Shown here: positions 38,881-50,980 of the stretch, piece by piece
Numbering within the stretch: position 1 is the first letter of the stretch
Layout: every line of letters starts with the position of its first letter
From: Bispira polyomma
Lineage: Eukaryota
NCBI GenBank assembly: GCA_965649765.1
Contig: OZ287749.1
Span: forward strand, 76,694,001-76,758,000
DNA: 64,000 nucleotides
Reading direction: 5' to 3'
The notes under the pieces: model-generated
Database searches by the model: none
Told to the model about the DNA's origin: nothing
What the model saw: only the letters and a program-made list of their open reading frames with translations
Program-made: the position numbers and the translations under genes

Positions 38881-38903
38881 GCTGTAAAGACTGTTTAAGT
38901 TAG

Positions 38904-39427
38904 TTATTTTGCACTGATTGTTTTGGTGGAATAGGTAAACAAATGAGAATTGGTGAGGTTTGAAGTTCCATGTCCTTGGATGTCAGGTAAACAAATGAGA
39001 ATTGGTGATGTTTGAAGTTCCATGTCCTTGGATGTCAAAGGAACATTCTTGTCTCCTATTGGTGTACTCTGTAATGGTGACTTTATGGAACCATCGGCGA
39101 ATGTAATATCTTTATTCACCTGTATTGAGTGATTTGTGTCTATTTTAGAATGAGGACAGTTGGATTAAACCCACAGACATTACAAATAACATTCAGATCC
39201 AGCAGTTGCTCTTTAAATTTTTTGTCAACCGATTCAACTTCATAGACTTGCACTGCACATTCACACAGTGTGCATTGTATTATGTTGCTCATTGCATGTT
39301 TGAAGATACTGGATAAACAGCATGAACAAAAATAATGTCCACATTTTGTTTTCAGGAATTGATAGGTATTTATCATGGGCTCTTCCACACAGAATAGATA
39401 TTCAAATACATCCTTTTGAGAATTCAT
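38904..39427 (-). pseudogene. Degenerate RING-finger fragment resembling the RAG1-like transposase N-terminus
   Basis: KTKCGHYFCSCCL...QCTLC...VESVDKKFKEQLLDLNVICNVC. The first Cys pair of the RING is incomplete; frameshift and a ~55-bp duplication lie downstream. Confidence 0.5.
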
Positions 39428-39616
39428 TGTTTATTACTTAAATGTTGCAACCAAAAACACTTAATATCAGTTAATAATCTTTGCTTGTTACACCTGTTGT
39501 CATGTTTTTCTAAAACTTAAAGATTTGAGTGATTTATAAGCGCCCTCCTTGGCTGAGAATAGCTATATGTTATATCTCTGTTGTACACATTTTAATATAA
39601 TGAAATAGATGAATTT

Positions 39617-40790
39617 AAACTAGTGGGGTTATAGACCCCAAAAAGGCGGGTTGCGCAATTGTTATCAGGGATAGGGTCCAGCAACAAATTTCAAGTTGTT
39701 TTTTGGAATGGGCCCAAATACAATTCCAACCAAGCTATTGACATAACGCACCTCTACACCAAATTTGGTGATGATAGCTGCAAAACTTTTCCTTGAAATG
39801 AGTGGAAACCCTTTTCAAGATGGCAGTCACAGTGGCCATCTTGTTTTCTCGGAATGGGCCCAACTACAATCCCAACCAAGCCATGACATGATACACCTGC
39901 ACAACAATTTGTTGATGACAGCTGCAATATTTTTCCTTTAAATGAGCAAAAACCCTTTTCATGATGGCTGACATGGCAGCCAGCTGTTTTTTAGAATGGG
40001 CCCAAATACAATCCCAACCAAGCTATTGCCAAGCTACGGCTATCCTCGACTGACCTTGAAGGAGGGGCCCAAGGTCAAACCTGACCACATCAGAAAACTC
40101 CCACTCCATGATTTCCTATAGGTTGGTTTAACATCTCAAAACTGTAGGACAATAAAAAGTGAGTTATAAGCACATTTAAGTTTAGCTACCCTCGTATGAC
40201 CTTGACGGAGGGGCCACAGGTAAAATCTAACCACACCAGAAGACTCCTAGCCCATGATTTCCTATAGGTTGGTGTCACATCTCAAAACTGTAGGACCAAT
40301 AATAAGCAAGTTATAAGCACTTTTAAGTTGAGCTACCCTCATCTGACCTTAATGGAGGGGCCCAATGTCAAACCTGACCACCTCAGAAGATTCCCAGCCC
40401 ATGATTTCCTAAAGGTAGGCTTCACATGCCAAACCTCTAGGACCAATAATAGGGAAGATATAGGCACCTTTTAAGTCTGTTACTTTGGGCACTTTGGCAC
40501 TTCGTAAATGACCTTGAATGAAGAGCTTCAAGATCAAATGTCTGGATGCTTGTAGAGGACATATATTTCTGTTATACATTTCACCTATGAAGAGATTCAA
40601 CCTTCTGGTTACGAAAACCAGTCAGTAGAAAAAGGTAGATAATTTTCAAAGAAATGGCCATGGCGACCATCTTGTTTTTCAGAATGAAGCTAATTTCAGT
40701 CGCAAGGAAGCTTACCTCCCCATAAAGATATCCTGCAAATTTGGTAAAGCTAGCTGGTCTAGTTTTCTGCAGAGAGTGTTAACGGAGAAA
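39617..40790 (-). mobile_element. HINE of the same family as 7027-10276, with two tandem ~150-bp core arrays
   Basis: aactagtggggttatagaccccaaaaaggcgggttg end; three aatgggcccaaatacaatcccaaccaagc units (39700-40030), then three gaggggcccaaggtcaaacctgaccac units (40030-40470). Right boundary uncertain. Confidence 0.7.
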
Positions 40791-42523
40791 ATCTTTGAAA
40801 AAAAAAAACAAAAAAATATTGAAAAAAAAACAAAACATTTTAATTTGAGTGCATATATATATAAATGTAAAACAAATGTAATATATACCCTGTGGGCCCA
40901 AATTTCAGCCGAAATCGCTCTATCTCGCACCATTTCCGAGATATTGGGGATTTTTCATTTGCATCGTCTTGAAAAATCTTAACGTTTAATTAATCGTTAA
41001 TAAGTCGGCCATTTTGTATCGGATCACTTCTAAAAAAGTTAATGTTGTCCAGACATCTAAAAAAGCAAGCTACTTGCCAAATTTCATGAGAATAGGTAAA
41101 GCGCTTTTTAAGTTCTCATCCGGACAAACACAGCCATTTAGAAAACCTGTTTTTGGTCATGTGACTTCTCTGATTGGTGAAAATATGATGACACCATATT
41201 CAATTTTTTTCACCAGGGCTACTGCATACATGTGCCAAATTTTAAGAGAATCCGCCCAGTGGTTGTTGAGCTATAGCCAATAGAAAAAGGGGAACCGGCA
41301 GAGCCAGCGGGCCTTTCTGCGTGAATTTTCTTCTGTATAGAAACAAGTGTCCCTTGCAGGACGTGCTTAATACACGTACAGTAGAACCTCTATTATCGGA
41401 CCATCTATTATCCAAATATTCAATTTTACGACATCAATTTCACTCTCCCAAACTTATTTTTTACTACTGTTTTATAATAAATGCCACTTCTATTTTATGG
41501 ACCTTACAGCCTCTGTAATTTTTATCCTTTTAAATACTCCAGTTAACCTGTATGCAATATATTGGGTTTACCATATTTTTTTTTTCTCAGCTTAGTACAG
41601 TAAGGAATCTAAAATTTGCTCCTGTATCTAAAATTTGCCGCCCCTAAAATTTAAGCCAAATAAATAAAAACTGGTGATAAATATCTGGTAAGGAAGGCAA
41701 ATTAGTCATAAAAATCTCAATTTAAGCAAATATTAACGACAATTCTACCCAAAACACAAATTTTTTTAGGTGAAGAATTTCAGATGGTGGGAAATTTTAC
41801 ACATCAACCAAAGTATGTATATATATGTTACATGATGTATAAAGCACTAACATGTAGTGGGAAGTCTGCATGTGTGTGTGTGTGTGTGTGGTGGGGCATA
41901 GGGGGGGGGGGGGGGCGGGGATTAGTACCTGTCAATCTAAATGATGGTAAACACTGAGCACATGGCAAAGAGCACATGTCAAAATAGTAAACTTTAAATA
42001 ATTGTGCATAACTTTTATTCTACTACTCCGATTGACATGAAAATTTTTTTGAGTCATCTACATAACATGCCTAATATTCCCTGCAAATTTCAGTGCACAA
42101 CTCTGGGTGGATTCTGAGATTATCTTGTGGACAGCCCATCATAGCCATTTACCATACATAACCTCCCTCACCTCCACAGATGGGAATACCTCAGCAATAC
42201 GTCACTTTCAGTGACGTACACCTGACGGTAATAAGAAATGAAAAGAGCTAAATACTTAATATACGGATAACAAACATTTGAATACAGCTTTAAAATGTTA
42301 TATTATGATAGGGGAAGGTGTCACTTATATCTGGCCTGTCCTGAGGTATAATATATATTTGATTTACAACGTTGATTTGTACATGTTACACATTGATATC
42401 GGTGCCAAAGAATAATGATTTTTAAACAATTTAGCCACTAATTGTTGTATTCAAACCAGCAGCTCACTGGGCTGATGTCTGAATTGCATGTGATTTATTG
42501 TGGTATAATTGTTGTAATGGTCA

Positions 42524-42631
42524 GGGCCCGTATTCACAAAAGGACTTAGCCAGGTCTTAGGCTTAAATCTAGCACAAAAGTATACTGATTTAAGCCTAAG
42601 ACCTGGATAAGTCCCTTCGTGAATACGGCCC
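42524..42631. mobile_element. Palindromic Harbinger-like MITE
   Basis: gggcccgtattcacaaaaggactta...taagtcccttcgtgaatacggccc; relatives at ~44268-44555, 55281-55420, 57389-57770, 59558-59630. Confidence 0.78.
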
Positions 42632-45337
42632 TAGAGGTTATTGTCTGGTGACCATGTGCTATAAGGGCTATATAAGGCCCCTGTAACAGTAACTCTGGGC
42701 ATTTGATGGTTGTAGGTATGATGGTATGTGTGAACGCACCCGTTCCACACCCTGTTTTAAAAACTGTATCCAAAACTTTTTAGTTTTTTATACTATTTTA
42801 ATTGTATTATGTTATTATTATAAGGGGTTATTCCATTTATTCTCTCATAGTAAAATTTAGTCTTTGTTTAACAATACTAATTTTACTAATGAATATTGAT
42901 GTTTAGAGAGAATAAATGTCCCAAACTTAACACTATGTTTATCATCAAATCATCTTCACTGGCTTATATCACAAAGTAGGGCGACTGCAGGGGAAAAAAT
43001 ACAGTATAACCATGTTAAATGGAATCTGAAAGGACCATAAAAATGGCTGAAGCAAAAATGGCTAAGATATTGCAATACTATAAAATCATACAAACCTAGA
43101 TATTAACACTGTACATTAAAAAGGTTAACAATTAGGACTGTCAGTTACTTATAATAAGAGTTCCACTCTATCCTTGGAAAAATTATTGATTATTGCAAAG
43201 AGCTTGTCACCACAGTTCAAAAAACTTTAATACAGCGAAGGCTTCTTTAATAAATGCATTCTACATTTATCTTGTATGCACATTCCATGTTAAAACCATA
43301 TCAAGTCAAAGTCATTGATTTTGCCACGTGTACAGATAGAAAAGTGACTTCTATAGGAAGTGGAGCTTTTTATGTTGGTTATTTGGCAAAACTCTAGGAT
43401 GGATGAAGAAAGTGCTAAAAAACAACCCGGGATATTTATATTTTTCTTAGACATCAGAACCAGTTCATCCAGTTCACATTTTTTTCAATATTCAGCTGAA
43501 AAGGACGCAAATGATTAGCGGCAAATCATTCCTAGTTTACCAAGGGTTTTAGTTAACCTTACTGGCCACCGGTACTATGCTACTTTCCTTATGACCTGGC
43601 TTTGTCTTTGGACTATAATTCTCACTTACTAATAAAGCTGCGAGTCAAATAACACCATTTGCATTGATTATTGCCCACACAGCCTAATTCAACGAAATAA
43701 AGTGCTAATACACACCTCAACTGGATACTATTCTTTTAAGTTTTCCACAAAATCACTTTAAATTTAAGTGTAAGATGCTACCATAAAGCTACAATTTTAT
43801 CTATGAAGTTATTTATATTTTTCCTTGGCAACAAATGTGCTCTGAGGCGCATACTAACATTTGGCCAATAGTGAGTAAAATATACATGATCGAGTCACAA
43901 AGCCCAGACTCGATTCATTGCTATATTTGTCACAAGTTAACTGATGCATCGGTCTCTTAACTAATCATTGCAGATTTAACAATTGCAGAAATGAGTAACA
44001 GCGCTTTGAGTACTGCATTGTAAGGGAGATACAGCGCCAGCAAAGAAGAACAGGGACCATAACACCAACATTTCTCACACCTAGAATTACTCTTAAGGGC
44101 CTTACAAACCGCCGACAATATACGACACTACACCACAGTAGATGCCACGGCACGTCACAGCAGTATCATTCACATCAAATACGACACCACACTACATAAT
44201 ATTATTATTCCATATTAAAGGTATGAATGCACCGCTCCGAATAAAAATGTTAGTGAATAATGGGGCCTGGGGCCGTATTCCTATACTTGAAAATTTTTCG
44301 AAGTATAAGAATTTTCTCAGTTAAGAATTGTGAATAGAAGTACATAATCTTTTTCTTAACTTAAGTAAGGTCTTGACCATTCTTAGAATTAAAGCTCATT
44401 CTTGGAAAATTTTCTGAAAATAACAAAAAATTCTATAAGTATAAGGATTTAGTGAATACCATAAAGTCTCATTCTAAGTATCAGAACTTTAGTGAATACG
44501 GTTAAATTCTAAGAATAAGAGCAATTCTAGGAATGTTAGTGAATATCATGGGGCCAGATTAGATTATAGAGAGTTATAGGCGTCTATGCAGATTAGGTCG
44601 ATATGTGTAAAAACAATTGCTCAACGAGGACATATATTTTAGTAAGTATTAAAGGCGTCACCTGGGATAGAATGGACCATTTATTATTTGTTATGTTCAC
44701 CTTTAAGGATAAGCAAACACATACATACATGATCAGTCAATATACAGGGGGGAAAGAGCCTAGGTTTAATATAAGGTTCATGGAATTTGTCAAGGTTTTT
44801 TTTGATATCTTGGTTCATCACATTGTTGAATGGTTATTGGTATAATTAATCACAAGATATGCCTCTTTTTAAACAGTCTTTCACTTCATTTTTTTATATT
44901 AATCTTGATAACTATGGCAAATTTCAGTGTGTTCAACTTGAGATTCCTGACAGAAATCACAAAGAACAACCATTTATTTCCAGGAAGTTTAAATGAGGCC
45001 TTGTAAAACAATGGTATCAAACTATGAAACTGATATATTGCTACTTCGTATTTACACAGAAAAACTTTTTTGCTTTCAAAATGGCACATTACATATGATT
45101 ATTGCTTTTATCTAGTTTGTTAATGTTGCCAATTTTCTGTTTTATATTTGTTTTTCTCTAAAAAGGCACACTAAATCTACTTTATCAACAATTACAACCA
45201 AATGAGTCTTATCATGTCACCTCTCACAGTGACATTTGTATGAATAGAACATGCTTTGAACAAAGTTCACAGTATAGTTAAACATATATCAAAAGAACAT
45301 GGGCATTCCTTCAGAAAGGGACTATTCTTTTGGCAAT

Positions 45338-45515
45338 TACAGTCGAACGCCTTGAAGTAGAACTCTGTTAAGTCATTTTCCCTGTTATGTAGAGATAAAT
45401 TTAAAGCCCCATAAAGGCCTTTTCCTTTCAAATCTACCCTGTTAAGTGGAAATCTTGCTTAAGTATAGGTATTATTCCTGATCCCTTGAGGTTCGACATA
45501 AAAGGGTTTAACTGC
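45338..45515. mobile_element. MITE, second TcMar-like family
   Basis: cagtcgaac...gggtttaactg; similar copy at ~25540-25715. Confidence 0.6.
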
Positions 45516-46836
45516 ACTGTAAATATCCGTGACATTTTCAAATTGAGTATATATATTATTAGTAGGTTAGGTATCTGAGTCTCTTGTGATTAATTTCCTA
45601 TTCTTAAGAGAAGTCGAGAAAATGTGAAAATGTGTCAGCTAGGCTTAAGTTTATGCATAAACTAAGGTCAACATTGTGTAACCACAAGGCTATTTCTATA
45701 TAATATCTTAATGGTTTCTTAGAAAAGGTGCAACTCTGATGCCTGCAAGTAAACGAGCTAGAAAACTGAGATGAAATGGAGAACCACAAGTATTCAAATA
45801 GGTTTTTCTGAAAATTTGAATATTTGAGAGCCTTTTTCTGAGAAGTAAATTTATGGTATTACGGGTTGAGAGGTTGGTGGTGGTGGTGGTGGTGGTGGTG
45901 GGGGGGGGGGGGGGGGGGGGGGGAGGGGGGGGGGAGAAGCATGAAATGCCAAATACATATATACAACACATGGCAACAATCCAATCCTATTCTTATTAGT
46001 TGAAGGATCATGAAACCAAAAGAAGACAATTTAGTAATAAAATTAAAAGTACACCTGGTGTGAAAATTATTTTCAGGCCAGGTAAAATCCAAAGACGATG
46101 TAATTTTAAGCCTACGCTTCCTTTCAGCACATTCCGACCTAATTTGTATGTGTCCAAGCTGATCCAACGTCAGCCAATGTAGCGCTATCTTTCATCAGAT
46201 ATGTTCTATGTAAAATTTAAAAAAAAAAAATTTTTTTATTTTCTTCTGAACATTTATGTTTTTTCCCCTCCCTGACAGATAAAATACGTTGGCCCAATAC
46301 ACATCAGCCACGTCTGATTTGATCTGTTGCAAATATGATGAAAGGAAGCACTTGGTAGTATTGTGTAATGAGCGAAGAAAACAGCCAACGTCGGCCGAGA
46401 AAATGATGCTGAAAGTAAGCGTAGGCCAACAGGACAAGTACTGGTTCAAGAACATAATATGAGAACCCACCAAATCGTAAAAAACACTGACACTCACAGA
46501 GTAGTTTGAAGACAAAAATACAGTGTAAATTAACCCATAATTTTTGGTGGGAAAAAACTTCACTAAATTAATATTTCTGAGAAGTTCACTGGAATTACCT
46601 TTCAGTGACTCTTTAATGCTAAAATAAAAGTTCAAATTTTCACTAAAAAATAATTTTTACTGTCCCAACTGATTAACTAATAGGGTAAAAATTAATTGCA
46701 CATACAGTACTTATAATTTAGTTTTGCAAAACAATGCAATCCCCCAGACATCAAACAGGTACACCCCTACATAATTACCAATTCATTGACCATTTCAGCA
46801 AACTGATCTCTTTAACAATCCTAACAAAACACCCAC

Positions 46837-49800
46837 CTTTCCTCTGTGGCTTTTGTGTTTTAAAAGGTTCTTGGACCTCTTCCGTCTCTTTACTTTTACT
46901 CCAGCCTCAATTGGACCAACTCCACCTCCCTCAGCATCTTCAAGTATGATGTCTTTCTTAAGTTTTTTCCCATCTGACTCTTCATCTGAGTGGAAACAAA
47001 CACCTTTTGTCCTCACCACAGCTTTATTCCGCTTTGGAGCAGGACTACCAGCCTGAGAGCCACTCCGCTGCACATCAACCTCTGGTACCTTTATCTTAAA
47101 ATCATCCCTTAAAATTGCTTTAATGGCTTCAGTTTTAGCATACACTGAGGTACCACTCCCACCATCACAAGGCTTACTACTTTCAATATTTTCTACTTTC
47201 TCTTTCATTTTCTTTACCTTTGGTTTCAATATGACTTTTTGCTGCTTTCTTTTTCCTTCGGTTCCGTCTCTCTCTTTTGTTTTCTTGCGTTTCTTTGGTT
47301 TTGCAACTTCCTCCTTTGGTATTGTTGTTGTTGCTGACACTGACATTGATGCATCTGAGGTAGTGGTCAACTCATTACTAGTTTTGACAATGGCTGATGA
47401 TGCAGTTATCATCTGTTGATTAACTTGATTTGCACTAAAATGTTCAAACTCACTGCTGATGTCAGGCTTCGGTAAGATCAAACACTTTACTCCATTGCCA
47501 GTTTTGCTAAGATTCAGTCCTCGCTGATTTGACTCCAGTCCTGGTGAATGGGTGTTGCCAATAGATGCGCTAACCTGACTTTGTGTGTCAGAAATCTGGC
47601 TTGACATGGTACCAGCCATATTGGCAGTAATATCAAGTTGTATCTGAGCCCCTTCTTGCACTTTTATTGGGTTAACATTGGCCACTGGGATCCTTTTATA
47701 ACCGTTCACATTCCAGCCAATGAAAGTCGATGTCACTGGCTTTACCACCGTCTTTCTCGCTGACATTAAAGACAGAGCAGCAGGTACAGTTTCTGCTGGG
47801 CTCTTTGGTATGGTCGTAGTGATTGGGCAGTGCATTACCACATCAGAATTTAGTGGGGTTTCATTGATGGTATTAGGGGCAATGACTTTGGTAACTGGAG
47901 GTGGAATAACAAGACTAGAACTTTTAGGACCATAATTTAGAACTTGACTTGTTCTAGGCGTGGCTCCACTATGTACTTCTATGCTAACATTTACCGAGAC
48001 TAAATCATTATTTTGCACACTGCGTCCTTTCTTACCCCTTTCACTAAAATCAGTCTGGGAATTTTCCAGGCGCAATGGCATGCTTTCGGAACTGGAGTTG
48101 ACACTTGAACTTTCATTGGTTGAGCTATCCATTTCCTCACCTGTGCTATAGATCCGCTGAAATTCTTCCTTGTCATCTTTAACTGGCGACTTCCTTTCAG
48201 CAAACTTAAAGTGTGGGATTCGAATGAGCTCCCCGACATCGTTCATGTTTTCTTCATTAATAATTTGTTTTACATATGGCTTTTTGCCAACAGGTGGAGT
48301 CCAGGTTTTTACATTTGATACAACTGGTCTGCTTGCCATTGCCGTGGAGACTGCAGTGCTCGGTTCTACTTTTTCAGGTGGTGATATTTTTGAACCTTGA
48401 GGATACAGTTTTGGTTGTGTAGTTTTAGACACATATCCCATCTGTGACAGGTACTTGGATACAGACTGGCTATTCTGTGGACCTGGTCTTATTTGAGGAC
48501 ACCTAAAGAGGTGAGGATTGCGATGTGGCATTTTATGGTTGACGTTGACAGGAATTTTAGAATGGGCAGGTGGAGGAGACATCATGCCTGCCACTTTTCC
48601 AGATGGAGTATTTCCTTCAAGCCGCTTAGCTTTGTGGATTGTCTCTGCCACGGCGTTCTTCGTCATCTTATTGATCTCAGAAAGCACATAGTGATACTCT
48701 TCCATACTTGGCCTGGCCATCTTCTTTGCCATTGAAGTATTCTCAACTTTCATAAATTCAGGAGTACCCGTCAAAGATTTCTTCTCTTCAGTAATGTTAC
48801 TGCCTCCGGACATAAACCTCTTACTACGTACATACTTCATGTACTCTGATTCAAAGTTAGCTGCAGATGATACCTTTGGCATTGGATTATTTCGATATGC
48901 ACTAGTACTACTACTACTACTGCCCACGCTAGGGGATGTCATAGTAGTTGACACTTGACCACTTGCAACTGTTACAGATGCATACGATCCACAGGATGTC
49001 GCCAGACTGAGAGCTGGAATACCTCTCTGTGCAAAAGCAGAATGTACAGTTTTATCAGTCTGTATGTGAGCTGAACTGCCAGGATTTCCAGATGTTACCT
49101 GGAAAGGGGAATTCATCCTACTCATGGCGTTTATGGAGGTGACAACAAGGACAGGTTGTATGACTTGGACACTCGTAGATGGTGCAGAAGAGACACCGCT
49201 ATGGACTACTGGAGATCCTTCTGAAATTCTGCCGCAATTTTCTGCTGCTAATGATATCGGCGTCACGCTTTGTGTAGTGCCTTCCAGATTCATCGGTCTT
49301 CCCAAAGCGGCAGAGGGAGCTTGCCTGGTCAGAAATGACCTGGAGCAACTAGATGAGGCTGATGAGAATGACATAGATGATGATGATGGTCCAGCCTCAC
49401 TATTTCCGCTGTTAGTTTGTCTCTGCTGCTGCTGAATGCGACTCTTTAGAATCATATGCAATGCCCTCTTCTGGAAAGTTTGAGCTATCTGGCGAGCTTG
49501 CTGAGGGTCTTTAGCCATTCGCATCATCTGTTTCAGCTTGATGAGACCGGCGCTGAGATCAAATGGGGTATAGGCCACGCCGCCTGTGTAGGTCTCCTTT
49601 TGACACATATTGTATACTGTGCGACTACCACCGGGTGTCTTCTGTATAGAAGGGACACCCCTCCCCCTCTTTACATCAACTACAATGACATCATCGTCTG
49701 GGGTAGTAGGTACTGGTGGTACCCAACTTGTAGGTATTGGAGGTATCAGTGGCTTTGGTTTGTTTTCAAGAGTGAGGTCCAAGGGTGCGTCACCTGGGTT

Positions 49801-49926
49801 GGGTCTGTAGGATAAATCCAAGGCACAATGCTGTTGATCTTTGGATGGGTGTGCCACCTCTTGCCTTTGGTGTTGTTTATGTGCTGGAGGTGGCGACTTA
49901 GGCAGGAAGACAGGCTTTAAATCCAT
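46837..49926 (-). CDS. BCOR: BCOR-like, first coding exon (1030 codons, S/P/T-rich, PxDLS-like motifs)
   Basis: Long ORF; acceptor tttgtag| at 49963, ATG at 49926 preceded by in-frame stops, donor AAG|gtgggt at 46837. ALDLS, PLDLT and PFDLS motifs. Linkage to the downstream exons is inferred from strand and phase; extra exons in the 14.6-kb intron cannot be excluded. Confidence 0.75.
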
Positions 49927-50704
49927 GTTAACTTGATGTACTCACATATCCACAGGCTACATTCTACAAATACATTAAAACATCTTATAACTTGTCTGAA
50001 GAAACAAATACACACCTGTATATGAAAATTTATAAAATGCTTATCTAAAGCAATGTTACCCCCTCAAAAAACCCACACATTACTAAATGTTATAGATTTT
50101 TATCAAAATGGATACTGTAAATAGATTCAAGTTGGATACTATATATTTGAAAAATAGTTAAGTACAGAGTTGTTATCATAGCTTTAAAATCATATGTTTT
50201 ATGTAGCAGAATATTGTTCATGGCTGATTATTTTATATTAGCCATACGTTTTTTATCAATTTTTTGCTTTAAATACGATGTAAAATTGACACAACAAAGT
50301 AAAAAATTTCCGTAATTTTATTTTGCAACTTTGATTGTGATGTCACAATAGACCGAAGGTTCTCAAACATAAACAATGTTTACTATTTTAGGGTGTTTCA
50401 GGGTTTTTTGTTCTTATCTTTTGTTTAATTTTAAGCATGATAATGATAAAATATAGTGTATAATAAAAGTAAAACCTTACTTGTGTTTTGTATCATTAAA
50501 TTACATAACTCAAGATAAAATACTCACAAAAAAACCCCTGATGGGCTCATCTGTAATGCTTTGTCTTCTTTTGTTATATAATTTAATAATACACATGACT
50601 TGTGTAGTGTTCCTATTATACATTATACTTAGAAGCCTTAATTGTAAGCTTTTATATAGGTACTGCAGATTCAAGAGTGAACTGCATTTTGATTAAACAT
50701 TTAT

Positions 50705-50980
50705 CCTACGTTCTTATGTACGTGATTTGTAAGCGATTTGCAGCAAATGACAGCCGACTTGCAAATGTAAAATTGGATGCTGTTGTTTACATATAAACTA
50801 CACCAGAATGCTATATTTAGGAAATTATAGTTGTAAGCATCTAGTACATGTGATTTAACTATCTAAATGCGATTTTTTTAGCACATGAAAACAATACAAC
50901 AAATTTATATAGACGCAAAACTTTGCAATCGCAGATCGTGCATCGTTTGCCGCAAATCGCTTACATAAAAACGTAAGCTA
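50705..50980. mobile_element. Inverted-repeat element (probable MITE)
   Basis: tgtaagcgatttgcagcaaatga at ~50728 versus tcgtttgccgcaaatcgcttaca at ~50943-50965. Confidence 0.55.

Noticed and set aside
45708-46167. Poly-Pro/Thr/His ORFs (also 37168..37437 and 37890..38189)
   Set aside because: They are translations of G/C homopolymers and (GGT)n runs, with no splice or compositional support.
46853-49815. Plus-strand ORFs overlapping the large exon (likewise 17040-18948 and 2027-2649)
   Set aside because: They are antisense shadows of real minus-strand coding sequence.
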